64,000 nt of DNA. Origin: Acholeplasmataceae bacterium (GTDB taxonomy: Bacteria > Bacillota_I > Bacilli_A > Acholeplasmatales > Acholeplasmataceae). A model generated the notes under the pieces. The model did no database searches and had not been told where the DNA came from. It worked only from the letters and a program-made list of their open reading frames with translations. The DNA lies in contig JAIOQX010000004.1 in assembly GCA_021108415.1 (NCBI GenBank), forward strand, positions 6,189 to 70,188, read 5' to 3'. This document shows positions 49,891 through 58,303 of this stretch, piece after piece; position 1 is the stretch's first letter; each line of letters begins with the position of its first letter. The translations under genes and the position numbers were made by a program.

Positions 49891-52059
49891 ATGAAAAAAA
49901 TACTAAGAACATTTATATTACTAATTATACTCATCGGTATTTATGGTTGTGAAGAAGTGGATACACCTTCATATGGCATTCCAACAATTACTGATGTTTC
50001 TGACATCACTTATGAGATAGGTGATGACATACCTAACTATTTAAATGGCGTATCTGCATATGACCATTTAGGAGTCTCTATATTCGATATTACTGTAGAT
50101 GATAGTCAAGTAGACTATGATCTTGCTGGTGATTATTATGTATATTATAGAGTTACTGATTCAAACGGATCAAAAATTACTGCAACAATAACAATAACAG
50201 TAGAAGAAAAAGATGTAGCTCCTGATTACACATTCCCACAATTTTCTGGTATAAAAGAGATTACCTATTATATTGGGCAAGATATACCTAACTATAAAGC
50301 AGACATTACTGCATCAGATGAAATTGATGGTGATTTAACACAAGCTATCATCTATGATGAAAGCATGCTTGATTTTGAACAAGCAGGTGTTTATACGATT
50401 GGCTTGATGGTATATGATCAATCTGGAAATAGAAAAACAGATACATTTACAATAACAGTCATTGATAATCAAAAACCAATAATTAGTGGATATAATAGAA
50501 TATATCATTATATTGGAGATGCTAATCCAGTCTATTTAAAGCTCATCAATGCATATGATCAAGAAGATGGAGATTTAAATGAACTTATAGAAGTTAACGA
50601 TACCTTAGTTGATTTATTAACACCAGGTATTTATCCGCTTTATTATAGCGTTAGTGATTCATTTGGATATGATGTAGTACAAGTTGTTAGTGTTCAGGTT
50701 ATGGAAAATGATCAAACGCACGAAACAGATGAACTTAACTTATTTTATATTAACGATACACATGGATCTATTCTAGAAGATGATAGTGAGATGGGATTAG
50801 CCAAACTAGGTAATGTCATTTTAGATGAATATACTCAAAATCCATATGAGACACTATTTTTAAGTGGTGGAGATTTACTTCAAGGCAATGTTTTATCAAA
50901 TTATTTTTATGGTAGTTCAATGATTGATATGTTCAACTATATGAATTTAGATGTATTTACGCTCGGAAATCATGAATTTGATTGGGGTGTAGATGTGATC
51001 ACAGAATATTTTAATCCAAACACATTAGGAACACTAGCAAATTATCCTTTATTAGGTGCGAATGTCTTTTATAAAGATACTGAAGTTAGACCTGATTATG
51101 TAGATGCATATGCTGTCATAAATAAGGGAGATTTAAAAATAGGTGTTGTAGGTGTTATTGGTGAAGGTATTGAATCATCTATTGCAAAAAGTAGAATTGA
51201 AGATTATGAGTTTGCAGATCCTACTTATTGGACCAATTATTATACAAAAATTTTAAGATCTGAATATGATGTAGATTTAGTATTTGCGATTATTCATGAT
51301 AATGATTCATATTATAATAATGCAGTAAGTTCTGGTTATGGAGATTATAAAGTAGATGCAATCTTTAATGGACATTCTCATTCAACTTATGTAGATGAAT
51401 CTAGTGGTATTCCTATTATGCAATCTGCATCTAATGCAAGAGCATTAGGGCACATAGAATTTAGCATTAACAATAATCAAGAAGTTAGTTCTTATATCGC
51501 TCAAAATTTAAATGCATATACAGATACAAGATTAAATAACGAATATTTTGGTCTTGCAACTTTAATTAATGGATATGTTTCTCAGATTGAGCCGTTGTTA
51601 AATGAAGTTATTATTTATTCATCTCAAAGTTATGGAAAAACTGAGTTAACTGAGTTCATGGCAAAAATTATAAGAGAAGCAGCTGATTCAGATGTGGGTA
51701 TTCATAACTCTGGTGGAACAAGAGAAACTCTAAATCAAGGGCAAGCAATGACCATCGGGACAACTTATGAAATCTTTCCGTTTGATAATCAAATTATTTC
51801 AGCTAAAATATTAGGTATAGAATTAATTGGTTTGATCAATAACTCAAGTGTTGAATACAGTTTAAGAGAAGGATTGAATGTCTCTGATATTGTTGCTGGT
51901 GACTATTATTGGGTCTCAACTAATGATTATGTCTTTGGTAATTATGATGCATTTCAAGATTATATTGATATTTATAAACCAGGCACTGTAGATCGAATTG
52001 CTTTTGAAGACGAATTAAGAAGACAAGCTTTAACATCCACACAATTTATTATAGATTAA
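49891..52059 (+). CDS. Lipoprotein with three Ig-like (DUF5011-type) repeats and a 5'-nucleotidase/metallophosphoesterase
   Basis: Lipobox IGIYGC; three repeats resembling P.I.G....Y.IG..PNY...A.D..DG..Y.V.D; NDTHG, GGDLLQG, GNHEFDWG, GHSH; start may be 49885. Confidence 0.85.
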   Translation: MKKILRTFILLIILIGIYGCEEVDTPSYGIPTITDVSDITYEIGDDIPNYLNGVSAYDHLGVSIFDITVDDSQVDYDLAGDYYVYYRVTDSNGSKITATITITVEEKDVAPDYTFPQFSGIKEITYYIGQDIPNYKADITASDEIDGDLTQAIIYDESMLDFEQAGVYTIGLMVYDQSGNRKTDTFTITVIDNQKPIISGYNRIYHYIGDANPVYLKLINAYDQEDGDLNELIEVNDTLVDLLTPGIYPLYYSVSDSFGYDVVQVVSVQVMENDQTHETDELNLFYINDTHGSILEDDSEMGLAKLGNVILDEYTQNPYETLFLSGGDLLQGNVLSNYFYGSSMIDMFNYMNLDVFTLGNHEFDWGVDVITEYFNPNTLGTLANYPLLGANVFYKDTEVRPDYVDAYAVINKGDLKIGVVGVIGEGIESSIAKSRIEDYEFADPTYWTNYYTKILRSEYDVDLVFAIIHDNDSYYNNAVSSGYGDYKVDAIFNGHSHSTYVDESSGIPIMQSASNARALGHIEFSINNNQEVSSYIAQNLNAYTDTRLNNEYFGLATLINGYVSQIEPLLNEVIIYSSQSYGKTELTEFMAKIIREAADSDVGIHNSGGTRETLNQGQAMTIGTTYEIFPFDNQIISAKILGIELIGLINNSSVEYSLREGLNVSDIVAGDYYWVSTNDYVFGNYDAFQDYIDIYKPGTVDRIAFEDELRRQALTSTQFIID

Positions 52060-52060
52060 C

Positions 52061-52090
52061 AAAATAAAGGTGATTTCACCTTTATTTTTT
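52061..52090 (+). terminator. Intrinsic terminator
   Basis: aaaataaaggtga-ttt-tcacctttatttt. Confidence 0.75.
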
Positions 52091-52098
52091 CTTATGAT

Positions 52099-52112
52099 TG
52101 CAAACGGTTTCA
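52099..52112 (+). promoter_or_regulatory. cre-like operator overlapping the -35 region of the RDD-amylase-malA promoter
   Basis: TGCAAACGGTTTCA matches WTGNAANCGNWNNCW; TG-A-TATAAT at 52125-52133. Confidence 0.6.
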
Positions 52113-52160
52113 TAAAATATAATGTGATATAATATATACATATATTAAGATTAAAGGAGA

Positions 52161-52625
52161 ATGGTTATGGTTCCTTCATTTGAAAAGAGAGTTAGAGCTT
52201 TTGCTATAGACACATCAGCTGTTTCACTTTTTGTAATTTTATCACTTTTTTTAGGAGATTATTATAAACCGCTACCTTTTATCGTATCAGGTACTGCGTT
52301 TTTAGGATTTTATTTTTTGCCTTATCTAGCAAGAAAATCACATGGACAAACATTAGGTAAAAGAATTCAAAAGATTCAGATTGTAAAACTGGATGATACC
52401 AATGCAGAACTTTGGAGATTGGTTTTAAGAGATTTGTTCAAACTTGCATTGAGTATAGGTAGTTTTGGTATATATTTGATCGTTGCATTTTTCGTAATGT
52501 CTGATAAAACCAGTAGAACCATTCATGATTATATATTTCAAACAAAAGTTATTGATTTAGAAAAGCCTATAGGAAAATATGATGGATTTAATAAGACTGA
52601 ATCGATGAGAAAAAGAGGATTTTAA
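52161..52625 (+). CDS. RDD family membrane protein
   Basis: KRVRAFAID, GQTLGK, LVLRD, RTIHD...TKV. Confidence 0.88.
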   Translation: MVMVPSFEKRVRAFAIDTSAVSLFVILSLFLGDYYKPLPFIVSGTAFLGFYFLPYLARKSHGQTLGKRIQKIQIVKLDDTNAELWRLVLRDLFKLALSIGSFGIYLIVAFFVMSDKTSRTIHDYIFQTKVIDLEKPIGKYDGFNKTESMRKRGF

Positions 52626-54154
52626 TGAAAAAATTATTTATATTATTAAGTGTCATTGCATTATCTATTGAATTAACTGCTTGTAAAGAAGATCCAATTG
52701 TTCCAATTATAGATGAAACTTACGATTTTGAGGCTTTAAATCCTCAACAAGATATCTATTATCAAATATTTGTTAGAAGTTTTGCTGATAGCGATAACGA
52801 TGGCGTTGGTGATTTAAATGGAATCACTCAAAATCTTGATTATCTTTCAGATTTAGGAATCACAGCTTTATGGTTACTTCCAATCAATCCATCACCTTCA
52901 TATCATGGATATGATGTCCTAGATTACTATGATGTGAATCCTGATTATGGAACATTAGAAGATTTAGAAAACTTAATAGAACAAGCTGAATTAAGAGATA
53001 TAAATATTGTCTTAGATTTAGTCATCAATCATACGTCAGATCAACATCCGTGGTACTTATCAGCATTAGGTGGAGAACAAAGTCCTTACCGAGATTATTA
53101 TATATTCAATAATGGTGGTGCATTTGAAACTTTTGTTGGTGGGATGAAGGATTTAAATTTAGAAAATCCTGATGTTGTTGAAGAAGTTTATAACATCGTA
53201 GATTTTTATTTAGAAATGGGTGTTCATGGATTTAGATTAGATGCCGCTAGACACTTCATTGAAGGAGTCAATGCAGATTGGGATTCATCATTGTTTATTA
53301 TGCGATTAAATGCACATATGAAACAAACATATCCTGATAGTTATGTAGTTTCTGAAGTGTATGTTTCAAGATATCAAACCATTGCTGATTATTATATAGG
53401 CTCTGATTCACTATTTAATTTTCCTGCCCAAGCTACAATTTTAGATAAAATAGGTATGGAAAACAATAGATCGTTATTTGCAAGTTCCCTAGAACAAGGA
53501 TATGAAACGTTTAGTGAAATGGATCCGGACTTTATTGATGCGCCTTTTATAGGTAATCATGATATGGATAGAATTGCATCTAGTCAAGGTTTTATTAATA
53601 ACGAAGCAAAATTAAAACTAGCAGCTAGAGTTTTATTAACTCTTCCAGGCAATCCATTTATATATTATGGAGATGAGCTTGGTATGAAAGGTTATCGATA
53701 TGAAGGGACCAATATTCCAGGATATGGCATCGTCTATGATGAATATCGCAGACAACCATTTTTATGGGGAGAAGCTACATATCAAACAAGTTGGTTACCA
53801 AGCGATCAATCAAATAGCAACACAGACAATCTAAATGAACAAATAAATGACGAAGATTCTTTATATTTTGCATATCAAGAAATGATTGAAATAAGAAAAA
53901 ACAATCCAGCATTAATGTATGGAAATTATTATAAAACTTATATAGATAATAAATTACAAGTTCAAGGATATGTCAGATATTATCAATATGAAGATTATGA
54001 ACAAGCAGTTTTAGTCATTCATAATCTTACACCAGATCCATATACAATAGAAGTTGATTTTCAAGCCTATATCTTAGGAGATAGTCTAACTATTGAAGGT
54101 TATGATACAATCATATTAGAAATCAATCCAGATGAAATAGAGGCATATAGCTGA
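52625..54154 (+). CDS. GH13 alpha-amylase family lipoprotein
   Basis: Lipobox LTAC; FADSDNDGVGDL, DLVINHTS, GFRLDAARH, VSEV, GNHD catalytic triad regions. Confidence 0.92.
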   Translation: MKKLFILLSVIALSIELTACKEDPIVPIIDETYDFEALNPQQDIYYQIFVRSFADSDNDGVGDLNGITQNLDYLSDLGITALWLLPINPSPSYHGYDVLDYYDVNPDYGTLEDLENLIEQAELRDINIVLDLVINHTSDQHPWYLSALGGEQSPYRDYYIFNNGGAFETFVGGMKDLNLENPDVVEEVYNIVDFYLEMGVHGFRLDAARHFIEGVNADWDSSLFIMRLNAHMKQTYPDSYVVSEVYVSRYQTIADYYIGSDSLFNFPAQATILDKIGMENNRSLFASSLEQGYETFSEMDPDFIDAPFIGNHDMDRIASSQGFINNEAKLKLAARVLLTLPGNPFIYYGDELGMKGYRYEGTNIPGYGIVYDEYRRQPFLWGEATYQTSWLPSDQSNSNTDNLNEQINDEDSLYFAYQEMIEIRKNNPALMYGNYYKTYIDNKLQVQGYVRYYQYEDYEQAVLVIHNLTPDPYTIEVDFQAYILGDSLTIEGYDTIILEINPDEIEAYS

Positions 54155-54963
54155 TGTTTATTTTCAATTATTATCGCTATTCATTTAGATTATCAGAATT
54201 TTTTACTCATGTTAAAGAAAAGTGGTGGAAAGTTTTAATTTTCTTTTTCATTATTAGTTTAGTGAGTTTGTTTCCAATGAATTTATTAATCATTCAACAA
54301 GATGGTTGGAGATTAGACTTTATCGAAGAAAGTTTTATCACTGAAACACCAGATTGGCAATTGCCTGAAACATGTGAAATAAAAACAAGCAAACTTATTT
54401 GTCAAACAGATATGGTTTATACATATGAACATCAAGGCATAACATATATCATAAATTATCAAGAAACTACTTATGATACATCTTTAAAACAAGTTTTATT
54501 ATTAGAAGATAAAATAGTTTATACCAATGGTCAAGGAGAATTCATGACCGGCTATAACTATAGTGGATTTGAAGATGATGTAAGCTTTAGAAGTCTAAAT
54601 TTATCAATCGGTGAAGATAGACAATCGATGTATGAATCTTTCGGAAATCAATTAGAAACAAGCTTTGGAAACTACATCATATTTTATACACTCTTAGTCA
54701 ATATAGGAACAAACATCGCATTATATGCACTCTTTGTTTTAATTATGAGTTTAGTGATCCAGTTGTTTAGATTTGGATATACAAGTTTTATGACATATGG
54801 ACAGAGCATGAAATTAGTAGTTTTTTCAATGGGAATTCCAAGTTTGATTAGTTTTGTTGTAGGATTTTTAGAGCCTAGTTTTTCTCCAGTAGTCTTTCAA
54901 TTTGGGATGGGAATTATCTTAATGATTGTCATGTTGAAATATGGCAAAAAAACATTTAAATAG
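54154..54963 (+). CDS. DUF1189 / MalA-like maltodextrin utilisation membrane protein
   Basis: TM at both ends with central soluble region; coupled to the GH13 gene; family call from overall pattern only. Confidence 0.55.
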   Translation: MFIFNYYRYSFRLSEFFTHVKEKWWKVLIFFFIISLVSLFPMNLLIIQQDGWRLDFIEESFITETPDWQLPETCEIKTSKLICQTDMVYTYEHQGITYIINYQETTYDTSLKQVLLLEDKIVYTNGQGEFMTGYNYSGFEDDVSFRSLNLSIGEDRQSMYESFGNQLETSFGNYIIFYTLLVNIGTNIALYALFVLIMSLVIQLFRFGYTSFMTYGQSMKLVVFSMGIPSLISFVVGFLEPSFSPVVFQFGMGIILMIVMLKYGKKTFK

Positions 54964-54971
54964 TGAAAATG

Positions 54972-55001
54972 AGCACACAAAAATTTGTTTGTGTGCTTTT
55001 T
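54972..55001 (+). terminator. Terminator of maltodextrin cluster
   Basis: agcacacaaa-N6-tttgtgtgct plus T run. Confidence 0.72.
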
Positions 55002-55020
55002 CTTTTGTATTTTTAGTGTT

Positions 55021-55034
55021 TGTAAACGTTATCA
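55021..55034 (+). promoter_or_regulatory. cre-like operator upstream of the hydrogenase promoter
   Basis: TGTAAACGTTATCA matches both TGWNANCGNTNWCA and WTGNAANCGNWNNCW. Confidence 0.6.
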
Positions 55035-55057
55035 TTAAAAATATTAAAGCGTTTAAC

Positions 55058-55084
55058 TTGACAAAGCCCTTTTTATGATATAAT
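55058..55084 (+). promoter_or_regulatory. Promoter of hydrogenase operon (extended -10)
   Basis: TG-A-TATAAT at 55076-55084; TTGACA at 55058-55063 (15-bp spacing, short). Confidence 0.6.
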
Positions 55085-55122
55085 AAAAATATAAATAAAC
55101 GACTCATCAAGGAGTAAAAAAA

Positions 55123-55623
55123 ATGAATAATGAAAATCATATTTGTCAAGAAAAACTAGACCTTTTTTATAGCCGAATAAATGAAAACAAAAAGATTCCT
55201 GGACCACTTATGCCTACATTGCATGATGCTCAGGAAATTTTTGGTTATATTCCTTTATCTATTCAAAAGATTATTAGTAAGGAATTAAATGAAAGTGTTG
55301 CTAAAATCAATGGTGTAGTAACATTTTATGGTAATTTTTCAGTGACACCAAATGGTAAACATACAGTTAGTGTATGTTTAGGAACTGCATGTTATGTTAG
55401 AGGCTCAAACAACGTCATGGAAACCATAGAAAATGAAATAGGTATTAAAGATGGAGAAACAACAAAGGATAGAGAAATTACATTAACCTCTACTAGATGC
55501 ATTGGTGCATGTGGATTAGCTCCTGTTTTTTCTGTTGATAATGTAATTCATGGTAATGCATCTGTTAGTAAAGTTAGAGATGTTATTAAAGATTTAAAGG
55601 ATAAAAATGATGAAACTGCATGA
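55123..55623 (+). CDS. hydC: NuoE-like [2Fe-2S] subunit of multimeric [FeFe] hydrogenase (HydC/HndA)
   Basis: LHDAQ..FGYIP, GVVTFY, VCLGTACYVRG, RCIGACGLAP. Confidence 0.9.
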   Translation: MNNENHICQEKLDLFYSRINENKKIPGPLMPTLHDAQEIFGYIPLSIQKIISKELNESVAKINGVVTFYGNFSVTPNGKHTVSVCLGTACYVRGSNNVMETIENEIGIKDGETTKDREITLTSTRCIGACGLAPVFSVDNVIHGNASVSKVRDVIKDLKDKNDETA

Positions 55624-55993
55624 TATCGTAAAAAAATATGATTGTAGAGTCTATACGAAAGACTTATTAGATAATAGAGATATCCATTTTGCTTTTTGTT
55701 CAGATTTAATGAGCGATGCACTCATTATCATGAATTCAGTAAAAGATGAAAGAATTTTAGATCATGCTATTTTAATCACTGGCCTAGCAACTCAACAATC
55801 TATTCGAACAGCTGAAATGCTAGATGTCAATGTAGTGTTATTGATTAGAGGTAAGATGCCATCAGATAAAGTTATTCAATTAGCTTTAGAATCAAATATT
55901 ATATTGATAGCTACTGATATTACGATGTTTAATGTCAGTGGGATGATGTATGCCGAAGGTATTAAAGGCATTAAATATGATATACAATGGTAA
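55607..55993 (+). CDS. DRTGG-domain protein
   Basis: CSDLMSDAL, ITGL, IRTAEMLD...V..IRGK. Confidence 0.8.
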   Translation: MMKLHDIVKKYDCRVYTKDLLDNRDIHFAFCSDLMSDALIIMNSVKDERILDHAILITGLATQQSIRTAEMLDVNVVLLIRGKMPSDKVIQLALESNIILIATDITMFNVSGMMYAEGIKGIKYDIQW

Positions 55994-56421
55994 AAAAAGA
56001 ATATCAAATTATTGCGAAAAACTTTGAACTTGCAGGTAGAGCATCTTCAGATATAAAAAAAATTTTAAAGAGTTTGGACTATCCAAAAGCAATAACAAAA
56101 AGAATTTGTGCATCATCATATGAATCAGAAATAAATGTTGTTATTCATTCGGTTGGTGGATATATGACTTTTGAGATTATCAATGACTATGTAGAATTAA
56201 ATATTTATGATGATGGTCCTGGTATTTTAGATATAGAGCTTGCAATGACAGAAGGTTATTCAACTGCTAATCTAGCCGCAAATACTAACGGATTTGGTGC
56301 TGGTATGGGATTGACAAACATGAAAAGATTATCAGATGTCATGGAAATAAATTCCGATGAATTTGGTACACATATAAGACTAATTTTTTTGGTAGGTGAT
56401 CTAGATGCACTTAGTAAGTGA
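55987..56421 (+). CDS. RsbT/anti-sigma-like Ser/Thr kinase (HATPase_c fold)
   Basis: YESEINVVIHS, DDGPGI.DI..AMTEGYST, GFGAGMGLTNMKR. Confidence 0.85.
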   Translation: MVKKEYQIIAKNFELAGRASSDIKKILKSLDYPKAITKRICASSYESEINVVIHSVGGYMTFEIINDYVELNIYDDGPGILDIELAMTEGYSTANLAANTNGFGAGMGLTNMKRLSDVMEINSDEFGTHIRLIFLVGDLDALSK

Positions 56422-56740
56422 AATCATAAATAATGATTATGAGTTATTGACTGAAGAAAAAACACTTAATAATCAATTTAGATCAGTTTACGCAACTGAC
56501 CTATTAAGTACCGCAATTAGACATATAAAAGATGAACAAGCCTTAATTACTGTGATTGCTAGTCAAACGACTGTATCTTTGGCGATGATGCTAGATATTC
56601 AAGTGATTGTGATTGTGGATTTACAAAATGTAGCATTTGAAGTTATTCATCGAGCAAATCAAGAAGGTATTGCAATTATACAAACTAAAAAACTAACGCA
56701 CGAGGTCATAATAGATTTTTATCAAAGAGGACTTATATGA
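56405..56740 (+). CDS. DRTGG-domain protein
   Basis: YATDLLS, ALITV, A.MLDI.VIVIV. Confidence 0.7.
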   Translation: MHLVSEIINNDYELLTEEKTLNNQFRSVYATDLLSTAIRHIKDEQALITVIASQTTVSLAMMLDIQVIVIVDLQNVAFEVIHRANQEGIAIIQTKKLTHEVIIDFYQRGLI

Positions 56741-57414
56741 AATATGCATATGATTTACATATTCATTCAGTTTTATCTCCTTGTGCAGATGTCCTAATGA
56801 CGCCTAATAATATATTTAATATGGCTAATTTAAAGGGATTAAATATCATATCAGTGACTGATCATAATTCTTTAAAGCAATTAAAGATATGTAATCAATT
56901 ATCTGAAAGCTATGATATGTTATTTGTACCAGGAGTAGAAATAACAGTGAAAGAAAATTTTGATGTCTTATGCTATTTTAAATCTATAGAACAAGCACTC
57001 GCATTTGATTGCATAATAGAAAATTATATTAAAGTTGTACCTTATGATCAAGAATTGATGGGCTATCAAGAAATAACAAATATTTATGATGAAGTTGTCT
57101 ATGAATATCCGAATTTATTAAGCAGACCATTATCACTTAGCATAAATGAACTTATAAACATATTAAAAGATTTTGATCACGTTTTAATTTATGCACATAT
57201 AGATAAAACATTTAGATCAGGCATCAACTATATCAGCTCCTATCCTTTAGATGGAGTTGAATATAGAGTAATTCCTGATGAACATAACCATAAAATAATA
57301 TTAAAGAATTCAGATGCACATCAAATCATAGATATACTTGAAAAAGGAGATAACGAAGGGTTGGATCTAGAGGCATTAACCATAGATGCATTCTTTAAGT
57401 ACTTTAACAAATGA
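56737..57414 (+). CDS. PHP-domain phosphoesterase
   Basis: DLHIHSVLSPC, VTDHNS, PGVEI, YAHID, NSDAH metal ligands. Confidence 0.88.
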   Translation: MKYAYDLHIHSVLSPCADVLMTPNNIFNMANLKGLNIISVTDHNSLKQLKICNQLSESYDMLFVPGVEITVKENFDVLCYFKSIEQALAFDCIIENYIKVVPYDQELMGYQEITNIYDEVVYEYPNLLSRPLSLSINELINILKDFDHVLIYAHIDKTFRSGINYISSYPLDGVEYRVIPDEHNHKIILKNSDAHQIIDILEKGDNEGLDLEALTIDAFFKYFNK

Positions 57415-57947
57415 TATATTTTACAGATTATATATTTGATTTAGTTCAAAACTCAATAAAAGCAAATGCTCAACACGTCTTAATCTCTTTAGAATTTGAT
57501 AAACATTTAAGTTTTAAAATTGAAGATGATGGCAAAGGGATGGACAATGAAGTCTTAAACAGAGTAAAAAGTTTTACATATAGCACACAAAAAAATAGAA
57601 AAGTTGGTTTAGGTTTATCAATGATTCATGATCTGTCTAAGCAAACACAAGGTACATTTGATCTTAAATCAACACTCAATGAAGGTACTTTATTAGAAAC
57701 AACATTTGATTATATGCACATTGATTTTCCTGATTTTGGTGATATAGGTTTAATGATATCAGATTTATACGCTTGCCAAGAAGCAAGTAACATTATATTG
57801 CAAATCAAATTTGATAAAACTTACACATTTGATTTATTTGAATATATAGGTACAAAAGGTTTTAGTTATCAATTAAAAAACGAAATACAACATAAGATAA
57901 ATCATGAAATTACAGAAATTAAGGTGGATTATGAAAACATTAGATGA
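57411..57947 (+). CDS. Stand-alone HATPase_c (histidine-kinase-like ATPase) without HisKA domain
   Basis: DLVQNSIKA (N box), EDDGKGM (G1), KVGLGL (G2). Confidence 0.82.
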   Translation: MIYFTDYIFDLVQNSIKANAQHVLISLEFDKHLSFKIEDDGKGMDNEVLNRVKSFTYSTQKNRKVGLGLSMIHDLSKQTQGTFDLKSTLNEGTLLETTFDYMHIDFPDFGDIGLMISDLYACQEASNIILQIKFDKTYTFDLFEYIGTKGFSYQLKNEIQHKINHEITEIKVDYENIR

Positions 57948-58302
57948 ACTTAAAAAATTGAGAGATGAGTCATTAAAAAAAATGACGATGCGCTATACAA
58001 AAGATGGCTTTAGAGTTCAAGTGGGCATGGGTACTTGCGGTATCGCAAGTGGGGCAAGACCAATCTTAAATGAATTTTTGCATCAAGCAGAGATGCGTGA
58101 GTTAAAAAATATGACCGTTACACAAGTGGGTTGTATGGGTGAATGCGCGTATGAACCTATGGCAGAGATTATTGATCAATCTGGTCAATCATATATGTAT
58201 TGCTCTCTAACAATACCTATCGTTAGAGAGATTGTAGATAAACATATTGTTAATCATCAACCAGTGACAAGATATCTTTTGTCATCAAGAAAGGACAAAT
58301 AA
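57931..58302 (+). CDS. Thioredoxin-like [2Fe-2S] ferredoxin subunit (HydD/HndB)
   Basis: VGMGTCGIASGA, VGCMGECAYEP; start at ATG 57931 after aggtgg. Confidence 0.87.
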   Translation: MKTLDELKKLRDESLKKMTMRYTKDGFRVQVGMGTCGIASGARPILNEFLHQAEMRELKNMTVTQVGCMGECAYEPMAEIIDQSGQSYMYCSLTIPIVREIVDKHIVNHQPVTRYLLSSRKDK

Positions 58303-58303
58303 C

